DNA of 40,374 bases from PVC group bacterium (GTDB taxonomy: Bacteria > Auribacterota > Erginobacteria > Erginobacterales > Erginobacteraceae), in the NCBI GenBank assembly GCA_043804695.1, contig JAZDIV010000022.1, forward strand, positions 1 through 40,374, read 5' to 3'. The position numbers and the translations under genes were made by a program. Position 1 is the first letter of the stretch; every line of letters starts with the position of its first letter. Of the stretch, positions 15,623 through 25,456 are shown one piece after another. A model generated the notes under the pieces. That model saw only the letters and a list, made by a program, of their open reading frames with translations. It did no database searches and had not been told where the DNA came from.

Positions 15623-16815
15623 CGGGTGTCTCCTCCCGTCCCCGTTCCGTCCTGGCTCCCGTCATAAAAAGGTGACATCAGCCGCAGGCGCCGGACGACG
15701 GGGATCAGCACCTCCACGGTGCCGAGGATGTCTTCCAGCGTATTCTCGCGCCCCAGCGAGAAACGGATCGACCCCTGGGCCAGCGCGGCCGGCACCCCCA
15801 TCGCGCTCAAAACATGGGAGGGGGTGAGTTCGCCGGAGGTGCAGGCGGAGCCGGAGGCGGCCGCGATGCCACTCATCTCCAGCCCGAGCAGGATCCCTTC
15901 GCCCTCGACGAATTCAAAGCTCATGTTGAGCGTATTGGGGAGGCGCTTGCCCGGTGCGCCGTTGAGTTTGACATGGGAGATCTTCTTCGAAATGTCGCTG
16001 CAGAGACGGTCCCGGAGCAGGCGGAGGCGATCCGCTTCGGCGGTCAGTTCCGCCAGGGCCAGTTCGCAGGCCCTCCCGAAGCCGACGATGCCGGCGACGT
16101 TTTCGGTCCCCGGCCGCTTTCCCCGCTCGTGATGGCCGCCGTAAGTAAGCGGCTGGAGCCGCACTCCCCTGCGGACATAGAGCGCGCCCACGCCTTTCGG
16201 TCCATACACCTTGTGGGCGGAGAGGGCGGCCAGTCCGGCCTCAGTTTTCTCAACCGAGAAGGGGATCTTACCCAGCGCCTGGATGGCGTCGGTGTGGAAG
16301 ACGACTCCCCGCGCCTTGGCGATCTCGCCGATCTCCTCGACCGGCTGGATGACACCGATCTCGTTGTTGGCGGTCATGACCGTGATCAGAATGGTCTCCG
16401 GGCGGATCTCATTTGCCAGTTCTTTCGGGTCAACCAGGCCCTCGCCGCTGACGGGGAGATAAGTAACGGAAAAACCCTCCTTCTCCAGGAACCGGCAGGC
16501 GTGGAGGACGGCGTGGTGCTCGATGGCCGAGGTGATGATGTGGTTTCCCCTTTTCCGGTTTGCGAAGGCGACGCCCAGGATGGCCAGGTTATCGGCTTCC
16601 GTCCCGCCGCCGGTAAAAACGATCTCTTCCGGTTTCGCCCCGATGGCCGCCGCCACTTTCGCCCGGCCCGCTTCGACCTCTTTCCGGGCGGCGCGCCCGA
16701 AGGCATGGATGCTCGAGGGGTTGCCGGTCACCCCCCGGTAGATGGCGAACATCGCCTCCAGTACCTCTTCCCGCACCGGCGTGGTGGCGTTATGATCGAG
16801 GTAAACTGTCTTCAT
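15619..16815 (-). CDS. nifS: Cysteine desulfurase, NifS/IscS type
   Basis: YLDHNATTP, FTGGGTEADN, SAHKVYGPKG, SGSACTS; 4-nt overlap with nifU. Confidence 0.95.
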   Translation of the reverse strand: MKTVYLDHNATTPVREEVLEAMFAIYRGVTGNPSSIHAFGRAARKEVEAGRAKVAAAIGAKPEEIVFTGGGTEADNLAILGVAFANRKRGNHIITSAIEHHAVLHACRFLEKEGFSVTYLPVSGEGLVDPKELANEIRPETILITVMTANNEIGVIQPVEEIGEIAKARGVVFHTDAIQALGKIPFSVEKTEAGLAALSAHKVYGPKGVGALYVRRGVRLQPLTYGGHHERGKRPGTENVAGIVGFGRACELALAELTAEADRLRLLRDRLCSDISKKISHVKLNGAPGKRLPNTLNMSFEFVEGEGILLGLEMSGIAAASGSACTSGELTPSHVLSAMGVPAALAQGSIRFSLGRENTLEDILGTVEVLIPVVRRLRLMSPFYDGSQDGTGTGGDTR

Positions 16816-16873
16816 TTTTAATCTTGGACCGTTGTTTCAGTCCCCTCCAATATCTACATGCTCCGTAAAACAT

Positions 16874-16953
16874 CATGGAGTAATGGGGTAATGGAGTGAT
16901 GGAGTGATAGAAGCGAGCCCCATCACTCCATTACTCCACCACTCCATTACCCC
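16874..16953. repeat. Octamer (GGAGTAAT-like) repeat hairpin
   Basis: atggagtaatggggtaatggagtgatggagtgat...atcactccattactccaccactccattacccc. Confidence 0.75.
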
Positions 16954-16958
16954 GGCTT

Positions 16959-17366
16959 CTAGAAGTGCATCTCCATCGCCCCCAGCGGGCAGGCGGGGAT
17001 GCAGAGCTCGCAGCCGATACAGGCGTTCTTGTCAAAACGCACCTTCTGGGTCTCCGGGTCCTTGGTCAGAGCCTCCGTGGGGCAGATGGCGACACAGGCC
17101 CCGCAGTCGGTGCACCGGTCCTCGTTCCTGGTCACATCCTGACTGAGCGGCTGCACGGTGATCTTCAGGCTTTTCAGGTATTCGATCGCCTGCTTATAAT
17201 TTTTATTCTCCCCTTTCAAACCCAGAACCATGATGCCCACCTGGCGGGGCGTGATGTTGGCCCTCAGGATGTTGCATTCCAGGTCGTAGGCTTTCACCAG
17301 CCTGCTCATGATCGGCACGCTGACCAGATCTTTCGGAAAATGAAGAACTATCCGCTTGGAAACCAT
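16959..17366 (-). CDS. NIL domain plus 2x[4Fe-4S] ferredoxin (L-aspartate semialdehyde sulfurtransferase partner)
   Basis: NILRA motif; CTDCGAC...CP and CIGCELC...CP; start placed at ATG 17366 by the RBS AGAGG. Confidence 0.9.
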   Translation of the reverse strand: MVSKRIVLHFPKDLVSVPIMSRLVKAYDLECNILRANITPRQVGIMVLGLKGENKNYKQAIEYLKSLKITVQPLSQDVTRNEDRCTDCGACVAICPTEALTKDPETQKVRFDKNACIGCELCIPACPLGAMEMHF

Positions 17367-17387
17367 TTTTAACCTCTTGTCCCGGTT

Positions 17388-17535
17388 AAAACCACGAAGA
17401 ATACGAAGATGCAAAAGCTGCGTTAACTCCTGCTTCTGATCTTCGTGTGCTTCATGCCTGCGCGCTGAAGCGCTCCGGCGCGCAAGCGTGACCTTCGCAG
17501 TTAAGCACCTTCGCAGTTAAGCACCTTCGCTGTTG
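17388..17535. repeat. ACGAAG-type repeat with a nested 30-bp element, then a tandem 16-mer
   Basis: accacgaagaatacgaag...cttcgtgtgcttc; insert at 17457-17486; accttcgcagttaagc about 2.7 times at 17491-17535. Confidence 0.75.
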
Positions 17536-17545
17536 ATTGAATATT

Positions 17546-18751
17546 TTAATTTATCGGCCGTTCCCGAAGAGAGCGGTACGTATATCCGCTGCCCGACCCC
17601 GGGAATTCGGCCACCCTCTCGGTCAGGAAGAACTTCCTGGCCTCGATCCATTCCTTGAGGATGGTCGCGATCTGACGGGCCCGGGGATAGCTGGAGAGGG
17701 ACGCGGTTGGGACATCCCGATCCCGGAGCCGGATGGTGCCGCTCTTCAGCTGGGCATAGGTGACGCTGCCCAGGTTTCCGTCCCTGCCCTGGGGGTAGTC
17801 CCGGCCGTAATCGACAACCCGGGTGGAGAGATCCGCGTCTTTCAGGGCCGCGTACCGGCAGACCTCTTCGCTGATAACCGGTATCGGCACCCCCACCCCG
17901 ACGACCAGGGTGGCGCCGTAGCCGGTAAAGCTGGCTCCCTTCAGCCACTCCGGGCTCATCTGTTTGAGGTCGCCGATCAGGGCCGCCGTCCCCGCCGGGG
18001 CGGCCGGGACACCGCGCTGATCGGTTTCGACCGAAGTGTTGTGCTGGGTTCCCCACCAGGCGACGTATCCCACCCCGCCTCCTAAAAAGATCCTGGTGCC
18101 GATCCCGATGGTCCTGAAAAAAGGATCCTTGAGCAGGGGTGAAAGCTGCCCGGCGCTGCAGTAGCTGGCGTTGCCCAGGTTCGGTTTTAATATCCCCATG
18201 TAAGTGTAGATGACCCGGTCGGAGCAGTTCACTGCTACATTGTAGTTCTGGTAAATATTGCGCGGGTTGAAGAGAACGGCCTCGTTCAGGTCCTTGATAT
18301 TAAGCCAGGTGGAGAGTTCCGTCCGGGGATAGCAGTCGGTCCCGTAGGCCCGGGCGATAAAACGGAGATCCTTCCCGGCGACCAGATCTTCGATCACGTG
18401 TCCGCCGCCGTAAGCGAAGCGGCCCGGGTAGATCTTGTTCCGGGGATCGCTGTCGGAGAGGGCCCCGGCCCCGATGATGAAGTCGCCCGCGGCCAGGCCG
18501 GTATAGACGGGGATGTCGTTGAGGGTGGCATACCCCCCGCCCAGCTTCATCTTCGGCTTCCCCTGCCCGATATTGAAATAGGCCCCGGACGAGCACATGG
18601 GGCCCATGGTGCCGGTGGTGACCACGTCGACCTTGGCGGCCGCCGCCCGGACCCCTTTCTCCTCCACCATGCCGATCAGCTCTTCGGCGGTCACGACGAC
18701 CGCCTTGCCGGCTTTGATCCGCTCATTAATTTCTGCGATCGTCTTGCTCAT
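17546..18751 (-). CDS. DUF39 homocysteine biosynthesis enzyme (L-aspartate semialdehyde sulfurtransferase)
   Basis: KTIAEINERIKAGKAVVVTAEE, VDVVTTGTMGPMCSSG, YGGGHVIEDL, YGTDCYPR, NPRNIYQNY; next to the NIL-ferredoxin; start placed at ATG 18751. Confidence 0.9.
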   Translation of the reverse strand: MSKTIAEINERIKAGKAVVVTAEELIGMVEEKGVRAAAAKVDVVTTGTMGPMCSSGAYFNIGQGKPKMKLGGGYATLNDIPVYTGLAAGDFIIGAGALSDSDPRNKIYPGRFAYGGGHVIEDLVAGKDLRFIARAYGTDCYPRTELSTWLNIKDLNEAVLFNPRNIYQNYNVAVNCSDRVIYTYMGILKPNLGNASYCSAGQLSPLLKDPFFRTIGIGTRIFLGGGVGYVAWWGTQHNTSVETDQRGVPAAPAGTAALIGDLKQMSPEWLKGASFTGYGATLVVGVGVPIPVISEEVCRYAALKDADLSTRVVDYGRDYPQGRDGNLGSVTYAQLKSGTIRLRDRDVPTASLSSYPRARQIATILKEWIEARKFFLTERVAEFPGSGSGYTYRSLRERPIN

Positions 18752-18789
18752 GTATACATTGACTCCGCAACTGTTTAATATATTCAATA

Positions 18790-19271
18790 CCGGGGCTAAC
18801 GCCCCGGCCTATTGACTGTCCCTTCGACAAGCTCAGGGCAAGCTGCCCCTTCGGGGCTGTCTTTCGACGTTGGACGTTCGACGTTGGACGTTTGATGTTT
18901 GGTTTTCATTCATTGCCGGCTTCCTCATCAGTCCACTCATTTTACGAATGAACACTAATTATTCACCCCGCCGCGCCCCCTTTTCTATCCACAGATTACT
19001 CTGATTGTTTTCCCTCTACCACGGTCTCTTGATTAAACCGCGAATCTCGCTAATCTACACAAATCTTTTTCCCCCCGCCCTGCCATTGTGGGAGAGGTTT
19101 TTAACCTCGATCCGGCTTGCCTGACATCGGGCTTAAAAAGCCCTCCCACAGCATCCCTCCGGGGCCCGGCGCCATGCGCTATGCTCTATGCGCTTTGCTT
19201 TTCGTTCGACGTTGGATGTTGAGCGTTGAATGTTGGACGTTCAGTTTTTTAATTCCTTCGACGTTCAGTTT
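18790..19271. repeat. Mosaic string of repeat modules between the MerR gene and DUF39
   Basis: Hairpins at 18790-18857, TTGGACG/TTCGACG heptamers, and a near-identical copy of 13937-14118 at 19028-19209. Confidence 0.85.
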
Positions 19272-19601
19272 TTATTCCCCGTTAAACTGCGTCCGATACA
19301 CCGGGCAGTCGTCTTTGCGGCTGCCGCACTTCCTAACTTCCCAGCACCGTTCCCGCCCCAGCAGGTATTTGACCCCGGCAATGTTCATCTTCTTGACCTG
19401 GAGAAGATGACGGATCTCTTTCAGCCTTTCCAAATCACGATATGAGTAGTAGCGGTTCTTTCCCCGCCGCTGCGGCTTGATCAAACCCTTCTTCTCCCAG
19501 ATCCGGAGCGTGGTCTGGGTGACCCCGATCGTGTCGGCCACGATCCCGATGGTAAAGAGCGGCCGGCGGAAATGCATCCGGGGTGTATGTGCTAAACTCA
19601 T
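19272..19601 (-). CDS. MerR-family (HspR-like) regulator with a Cys-rich tail
   Basis: FTIGIVADTIGVTQTTLRIWEKKGLIKPQR, RYYS, MNIAGV; tail CWEVRKC-x6-CPVY. Confidence 0.88.
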   Translation of the reverse strand: MSLAHTPRMHFRRPLFTIGIVADTIGVTQTTLRIWEKKGLIKPQRRGKNRYYSYRDLERLKEIRHLLQVKKMNIAGVKYLLGRERCWEVRKCGSRKDDCPVYRTQFNGE

Positions 19602-19621
19602 ATCAAGGTGATTTGTAAATG

Positions 19622-19665
19622 TAGATTACAGGTTGTAATCTATCCCCCGGGGCTGCTTCTGTCAA
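19622..19665 (-). promoter_or_regulatory. Sigma-70 promoter with overlapping inverted-repeat operator
   Basis: Minus strand TTGACA (19665-19660), 17 nt, TAGATT (19642-19637); IR TAGATTACA-N3-TGTAATCTA at 19622-19642. Confidence 0.7.
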
Positions 19666-20117
19666 GACCTGTCCTGGCCAAAAATCCGGAGATAACGCTC
19701 GATATTTTCCGGCGTTTCACTTTCCGGCTTTTCCGCCTCCCGTCTCCGGTGAACCGCCGGGGAGTCGATCCGGGCGAGGAAATCAACGGTGCTCATGCGC
19801 TGAGGCCGGCGGCCGCGGACGGCCAGTAGGATCTCCCGGTCGTCGGTCACCACAATGATCGATCGGGGGCGGGGATGCCGCTCGATCGTCTCGATGATAA
19901 ACTGATCGGCGTTGTCGACGTAGATCTCGCTGAAAGCGCCGGTGATCCGCTCCCGCTGGATGGCGGCGCTGCCCCGGCTGTCATAGACGACGGTCACCGA
20001 GACCTGCTTGCCGGCGAAGTGAGAGCCGATCCGGTGCCGAAACCGCTCCCGGGCCGCCTCGTCATGCCCGAGGTCGTTTGAAATCAATAGGTTGTATCCG
20101 TCGATCAGCCATTCCAT
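19662..20117 (-). CDS. NYN-domain (YacP/Rae1-like) ribonuclease
   Basis: LIDGYNLL, VVYD, ADQFI, VVTDDREI. Confidence 0.85.
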   Translation of the reverse strand: MEWLIDGYNLLISNDLGHDEAARERFRHRIGSHFAGKQVSVTVVYDSRGSAAIQRERITGAFSEIYVDNADQFIIETIERHPRPRSIIVVTDDREILLAVRGRRPQRMSTVDFLARIDSPAVHRRREAEKPESETPENIERYLRIFGQDRS

Positions 20118-20267
20118 AGCCTGCCGCCGTCCGTTGTCCTGTCGGCTTTGAACGGAACGGAGGCGATCTCCCTCACGGCCGCTGAATCCGGTCCGTTCGC
20201 ATCCGTCCCTGATAGTCGGGTGAAATCTCCCGAGTAATTGATTCTGGATTCGGCTTTATTCCCGGGA

Positions 20268-21158
20268 TTATTCTGTTTCCTGGACCGCCACCCATCCTTC
20301 CCGGCCGGGGACCGTTCCCCGCCCCATGATGCCGGCCGGGAGTCCGGCCGGATCGGAGGGGAGGAGCGACCCGAGGGGAGCAAAGGTGATCGGGCGTTCC
20401 CGGGCCCTCTCCAGAAACTCCTCGAAAAGCCACCGTTTTCTCATTCCCTCCACCTCGGCATGGATGGCCAGGACAGTGGGCCGGCCGTCCGCCATCAGGG
20501 AGAAGAGATATTCGTTATAGGTATGGTCGCTCAGTCCGCCGCCGCCGATCACCTCGTCGTAAGTGGGCAGGGTGACCGGAACCTGGGGGACGGCGCCGGT
20601 CCGGCCGTTGACCGCCGGCCGGAAGACGTTTCTTCCCCGGCAGTCACTGGCGTACCGGAGGCGGAGATCCTCTTCGGCCCGGAGCAGGTTATCGGTTCCC
20701 TTCCAGCCGGGGGCGGCGAAGCAGTCCGGCTCCCTCCCGATGATATCCCGGATCACCCGGCATCCTTCCCGGATCTCCCCGGCGATCTCCTCCACGCTGA
20801 ATTTTTGCACGTTCTGCTGCCACCGGTGGTGATCGAGGGCGTGGAGGCCGATCTCGTGGCCGTCCCGGTCGGCCCGCCGGAGAGGCGGGGCGATAATCGC
20901 CGCGATATCGGGTCCGGGCCGGAAAGTGCCCCGGAGGAGGATATCCCAGCCGTACAGGCCGGCGGTGTTGCTCCTCAGCATCTTGAGAAAAAACCGCGGC
21001 TTCAGAAGCCTCCGGATGTGCCGGCCCATGTTGTCGGCGCCGACGGAGAAAAAGAAAGATGCCCGGATCCCGTTCCGGGCCAGGATATCGAGGAGCACGG
21101 GGACGCCGCTCCGGGTGCCGTTGTAAGTATCGGCATCTATCCGTAAGCCAACATTCAT
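20268..21158 (-). CDS. arnD: Undecaprenyl-phosphate L-Ara4FN deformylase
   Basis: GLRIDADTY, FFFSVGADNMGRH, LYGWDILLRGT, GLHALDHHRWQ, TLPTYDEVIG, IHAEVEG; start placed at ATG 21158. Confidence 0.92.
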   Translation of the reverse strand: MNVGLRIDADTYNGTRSGVPVLLDILARNGIRASFFFSVGADNMGRHIRRLLKPRFFLKMLRSNTAGLYGWDILLRGTFRPGPDIAAIIAPPLRRADRDGHEIGLHALDHHRWQQNVQKFSVEEIAGEIREGCRVIRDIIGREPDCFAAPGWKGTDNLLRAEEDLRLRYASDCRGRNVFRPAVNGRTGAVPQVPVTLPTYDEVIGGGGLSDHTYNEYLFSLMADGRPTVLAIHAEVEGMRKRWLFEEFLERARERPITFAPLGSLLPSDPAGLPAGIMGRGTVPGREGWVAVQETE

Positions 21159-21254
21159 AGTACAAATGTTAAAACCACGAACACGAAGGGAAAGAAATGG
21201 AGGGGAATATTGGAGTATTGGAGTGTTGGGAACAGAAACTTCTCTCCCCGCCAC

Positions 21255-21505
21255 TCAAATAGTATAATTCCTAACTTTTCGATCGCCGCCTCCCCCGCAA
21301 TGAACACAGTTCCACGTTAATAGAAACTGACAATGATGATACGAGGATAGAGCAAGATGCAAGGCATCTCCCTTTGGATCATTAGGCATCAAATGGTGCT
21401 GTATATAAGCGTCAACGATTTCAGCGATCGGGTCCGGTATGCTCAGAATCGGCAGGTTCGCGATCATATCGAGACATTGTTGCCTTTTGGGATGCTCTTC
21501 TCCTG
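21255..21505 (-). pseudogene. Internal fragment of a PIN-domain (VapC-like) protein
   Basis: AYIQHHLMPNDPKGDALHLALSSYHHCQFLLTWNC; no N-terminal acidic strand, and similarity ends after TWNCVH. Confidence 0.7.
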
Positions 21506-21768
21506 GTTTTATTACATTGAGATTACCACACAGTCTTTTCTGCCGGTAACTTTTTTTAAGTATTTTCCGGCAAGATTTCCCGGCGGTCGGAATGGCTGGG
21601 TTTGAAAGCAGAGGCAGATCATTCCAGGCGGCCGATTTGGCTGATTTTGAATCGTTTTTAGGAACTGGTTTTAAGTGCCCGCTGACAGTAAATCGATTTG
21701 TCTATGAGTTTTTGCTGATTTTGGGACGCATGGTGATTGTAACTCATTGCTGTTTATGGAAATCCGCC

Positions 21769-21793
21769 AAAGTGGTGCATGATGCACCACTTT
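21769..21793. repeat. Perfect palindrome
   Basis: aaagtggtgcat-g-atgcaccacttt. Confidence 0.8.
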
Positions 21794-21907
21794 CCATTTA
21801 AGCGTTTAGATCGGTTGAATTCAGGTTTGGTTTTCTTAGAAGCCTGGTTTTGAGGCCAAAAATGTGGTTTTAAGCCCTATTATGAGGGGATATTTATAGG
21901 CAACTTC

Positions 21908-23947
21908 TTAAGATTCATTTAGTTTCGTAGGTCCGACCCGGTTTATAACCCGGTTTATATCTACTTTGAGTCTTTCGGAGGCTTCACGGAGGAAGAAGTC
22001 CAGGGTTGATCGGATAGCCTCTTCCAGGGGGATTTTCGGATTCCAGTCGAGTTTTTTCCTCGCGTTCCGGATCGAGGGCTTGCGGAAAACGACGTCCTGG
22101 TATCCGCCCTTCCCGTAGTATCGTCCGCTTTCCACCGATATCATCCCGGCGGGAGGAGGGAAGAGATTTCTCAACGGGTGTTCCTCGAACTGGACGGTCA
22201 GGATCCCGGCCAGTTCCCGGATGCTGGCCTCGTTCCCGGGATTTCCGATGTTGAAAATCTCCCCGGAGGCGCGGTGGTTTTTATTCTCGATGATCCGGTA
22301 GAGGCAGTCGATGCCGTCCCGGACATCGGTAAAGCAGCGCTTCTGTTCCCCGCCGTCAACCAGCTGAATCGGCGTCCCCGTGACCAGGTTCAGGATCAGC
22401 TGGGTTATCGCCCGGGAACTACCGATCCGGGCGGAGTCCAGGCTGTCCAGCCGGGGACCCAGCCAGTTGAAGGGGCGGAAGAGCGTGAACCGGAGGCCTT
22501 CCTTGGCTCCGTACGCCCAAATCACCCGGTCGAGAAGCTGCTTGCTGCAGCTGTATATCCAGCGTTGCATCCGAATCGGCCCGGTCACCAGGTTGCTCCG
22601 GGTCTCATCGAACTCCCGGTCCGGACACATCCCGTACACTTCCGAGGTGGAGGGGAAGACCAGTCTCTTCTTGAATCTCGCGCAGTAGCGGACGATTCTC
22701 AGGTTTTCCTCGAAATCAAGCGTGAAGACCCGGAGGGGATTGCGCACGTATTCAATCGGGGTCGCGATCGCGACCAGGGGAAGGATGACATCGCATTTCC
22801 GCACGTGGTATTCAATCCATTCCCGGTTGATGCTGATGTCTCCTTCCACGAAATGAAAAGAGGGGTGCCCGATGAAGCGCCTGATGTTATCCGATTGCAG
22901 GTCCATGCCGTAAATCTCGTATCCGCTCTCCTCGATCAGCCGGTCGACCAGGGCGTTGCCGATAAACCCGCTGACCCCCAGGATGAGAATCCGGACCGGG
23001 GGCGAGGGAGACAGCAGTGCCCGGTCGACCGCGCCCAGCTTCGAGCCGGGAACCAGGCCGAATTCCGCCGCCGCCTGCCGGCCGGTCATCAGAACCGATC
23101 CTCCCGGCTGGGCAAGGGTGACGGCCAGGGCATCCTGCCCGCAGGCAATGACTAAAGGGTCGGCGGAGATTACGCCGCCCGGCCGTACCCCCCGATCGTT
23201 GGGAGAGGCAGCCGCTTGCCAGACGAACAATTTCCGGTCGCCGGCGAAGGTGAAGGCCCCCGGAAAGGGATGGGTGACCGCCCGGACCAGGTTCCTGATC
23301 TCCCGGGCCGACTTCGACCAGTCGATCCTGCCGTCGGCCGGTGTCCGGCCCCCGAAATAGGTAGCCCGTGAATGATCCTGGGGCGTCCGCCCGGCCGTTC
23401 CCTTCTCGAGCAAGGGCAGGATTTCATCAAGCAGCTCTTTCGAGGCCTCAGCGGCCTTATCGAAGAGGGTTACGGCCGTGTCGTCTTCGCCGATCGGGAA
23501 CGCCCGGCGGGTCACGATATCGCCGTCGTCCGGATGGGGCGTCATGTAGTGAAGAGTGACGCCGGTCTCCTTTTCGCCGTTGACCAGCACCCAGTTGATG
23601 GGACACCGCCCCCGGTAGCGGGGCAGGAGGGAGCCGTGGAGATTGAGGGCTCCCCGGGGCGGGATCTCGAGGATCTTCTTCGAGACCATTTTCCGGTAGT
23701 AGAAGGAGAAGATGAAGTCCGGGGCCAGCTCCCTGATCCGTTCCACCCAGAGAGGATGATTGATAGTGTCCGGCGCATAGACCGGCAGCCCCTGCGCGGC
23801 CGCCAGTTCCGCGACCGACCGGAACCAGATGTTCTCGTCCGGGTCGTCCCGGTGGGTGAAGACGGCCGGTATGGTGAAACCGTGACGAAGGAGGGCTTCG
23901 ATCCCGACACAGCCGATGGAATGATAGGCTAGAACGATCGCTTTCAT
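21908..23947 (-). CDS. arnA: Bifunctional UDP-L-Ara4N formyltransferase / UDP-GlcA oxidase-decarboxylase
   Basis: [58 protein letters not shown]. Confidence 0.97.
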   Translation of the reverse strand: MKAIVLAYHSIGCVGIEALLRHGFTIPAVFTHRDDPDENIWFRSVAELAAAQGLPVYAPDTINHPLWVERIRELAPDFIFSFYYRKMVSKKILEIPPRGALNLHGSLLPRYRGRCPINWVLVNGEKETGVTLHYMTPHPDDGDIVTRRAFPIGEDDTAVTLFDKAAEASKELLDEILPLLEKGTAGRTPQDHSRATYFGGRTPADGRIDWSKSAREIRNLVRAVTHPFPGAFTFAGDRKLFVWQAAASPNDRGVRPGGVISADPLVIACGQDALAVTLAQPGGSVLMTGRQAAAEFGLVPGSKLGAVDRALLSPSPPVRILILGVSGFIGNALVDRLIEESGYEIYGMDLQSDNIRRFIGHPSFHFVEGDISINREWIEYHVRKCDVILPLVAIATPIEYVRNPLRVFTLDFEENLRIVRYCARFKKRLVFPSTSEVYGMCPDREFDETRSNLVTGPIRMQRWIYSCSKQLLDRVIWAYGAKEGLRFTLFRPFNWLGPRLDSLDSARIGSSRAITQLILNLVTGTPIQLVDGGEQKRCFTDVRDGIDCLYRIIENKNHRASGEIFNIGNPGNEASIRELAGILTVQFEEHPLRNLFPPPAGMISVESGRYYGKGGYQDVVFRKPSIRNARKKLDWNPKIPLEEAIRSTLDFFLREASERLKVDINRVINRVGPTKLNES

Positions 23948-24051
23948 TTTTTTCGCGTATCCTTTTAACTCTTGCGTTAACCATCAGTGGATAAGATTCT
24001 CAATAACCGAATAAATACCAAGATTAGAACGCGAAAAAAATGAAATCATCA

Positions 24052-25035
24052 TCAATTCTCATCTTTTGGTTCAGGCAAGGTAGAGCCGCCGACCCGGGAC
24101 CGAACAAAATAGCGGGGCCGGCCGCGGGCTTCCGTGTAAATTCTTCCGATATACTCTCCGATCAACCCCAGGGCGATGAACTGGGCGCCGACAAAGAAGA
24201 AGAGGACGGCGAAGAGGGTGAATACCCCCTGGGCCGCCCACTCCGGTCCTTGCAGGAGGCGGATGATAAGAATCAGGAGGCCGAAACCGATCCCGGTCAG
24301 CGAGATGATCGCCCCGATAAAGCTGAGAAGCCGGAGGGGGAAGGTGGTCATGCTGGTCAAGAGGTCGAACTGGAGGTTGATGAGCTTCAGAATGCCGTAC
24401 TTCGATTCGCCGGCCGGCCGCTCGGCGTGGGCGACGCCGATCTCGATCGTTTTATTGGCGAAAGTGTTGGCCAGAACCGGGATGAAGGTGCTCCTCTCGG
24501 GGCAGCGGAGGATCGCGTTGACCACCGGGCGGCGGTAGGCCCGGAGCATACAGCCGTAATCGTTCATCCGGACACCGGTCACCCGGGCGGTGATCCGGTT
24601 GATCATCCGGGAGAAGACCATCCGGAAGACGGAGTCCTGGCGGCCGACCCTCACCGAACCGACCACATCATAGCCCTCGTCGGCTTTAGCCAGCAGCTTC
24701 GGGATCTCTTCAGGGGGGTTCTGAAGGTCGGCGTCGAGCGTGATGACGATATCACCGCGGCTCTCGGAAAAGCCGGCGATGACCGCGGTATGCTGCCCGT
24801 AGTTGCGGTTGAAAAAGACGCCGGAGATCAACCCGGGCGCCTGGGCGGCGGCATCGGCGATGATGGCACAAGACCTGTCCCGGCTGCCGTCATCGACCAG
24901 GATCAGCTCGACCGGGCGGTCCAGCTTCCGGAGAACGGCGACCGTCCGCCGGATGAACTCCTGAAGGTTCTCCTGCTCGTTGTAAACGGGGACAACGACC
25001 GAGACTGACTTGATGTCAATATTCTCTGAAGTCAT
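24052..25035 (-). CDS. arnC: Undecaprenyl-phosphate L-Ara4FN transferase
   Basis: [53 protein letters not shown], two C-terminal TM helices. Confidence 0.93.
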   Translation of the reverse strand: MTSENIDIKSVSVVVPVYNEQENLQEFIRRTVAVLRKLDRPVELILVDDGSRDRSCAIIADAAAQAPGLISGVFFNRNYGQHTAVIAGFSESRGDIVITLDADLQNPPEEIPKLLAKADEGYDVVGSVRVGRQDSVFRMVFSRMINRITARVTGVRMNDYGCMLRAYRRPVVNAILRCPERSTFIPVLANTFANKTIEIGVAHAERPAGESKYGILKLINLQFDLLTSMTTFPLRLLSFIGAIISLTGIGFGLLILIIRLLQGPEWAAQGVFTLFAVLFFFVGAQFIALGLIGEYIGRIYTEARGRPRYFVRSRVGGSTLPEPKDEN

Positions 25036-25053
25036 TCTATATATAAATAATTC

Positions 25054-25187
25054 TGTAACATTTTAGCCCTTTGAAAGTAGCAAGCTACCCCTTCCCCCTC
25101 GTTACGACGCTCTGCGTCGTAACGAAAGCTGATGCGATGCGTTCCCACGCAGAGCGTGGGAACGAGGAAAAGGGCTAAAGTGTTACA
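25054..25187. mobile_element. 134-bp MITE with TGT...ACA ends and a 6-bp target duplication (IS481-like), carrying a REP-like doublet
   Basis: TIRs tgtaacattttagcccttt and aaagggctaaagtgttaca; TAATTC at 25048-25053 and 25188-25193. Confidence 0.85.
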
Positions 25188-25211
25188 TAATTCTGAGTTT
25201 TAGTTTAAGAA

Positions 25212-25307
25212 AAAATAAATCCCAAATTCCAAGCACCTCAGCCAAAGGCTGATCTCCGCCCGAGACGGATCAGCCTCCGGCTGAAAATAACAAATAAATA
25301 CCAAATT
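25212..25307. repeat. AAATCCC-type heptamer run interrupted by a TCAGCC...GGCTGA hairpin element
   Basis: Insert tcagccaaaggctgatctccgcccgagacggatcagcctccggctga at 25238-25284. Confidence 0.6.
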
Positions 25308-25328
25308 AACCCGCGAGCATATTATTTC

Positions 25329-25455
25329 GGTTCTCTTTCCATTTTGTGTGGGTAGATGATGGTAATCAGAATATCATTAACATTTCCAGATAACCGATAA
25401 GACACGAAGGGGCGCCAGATAATTTAAAATCACCCACACGAAACAGAAGAGAACC
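25329..25455. mobile_element. 127-bp MITE with GGTTCT...AGAACC ends and an 8-bp target duplication (ISL3-like)
   Basis: Imperfect TIRs of about 24 bp; ATTATTTC at 25321-25328 and 25456-25463. Confidence 0.85.
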
Positions 25456-25456
25456 A

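Noticed and set aside
17491..17535. Tandem 16-mer as an array or iteron set
   Set aside because: No spacers and fewer than three full copies; best explained as slippage at the end of a repeat
21268..21300. Integron attC site beside the PIN fragment (cctaac/gttagg)
   Set aside because: Only a half-site resemblance, no complementary arm, and no integrase in the window
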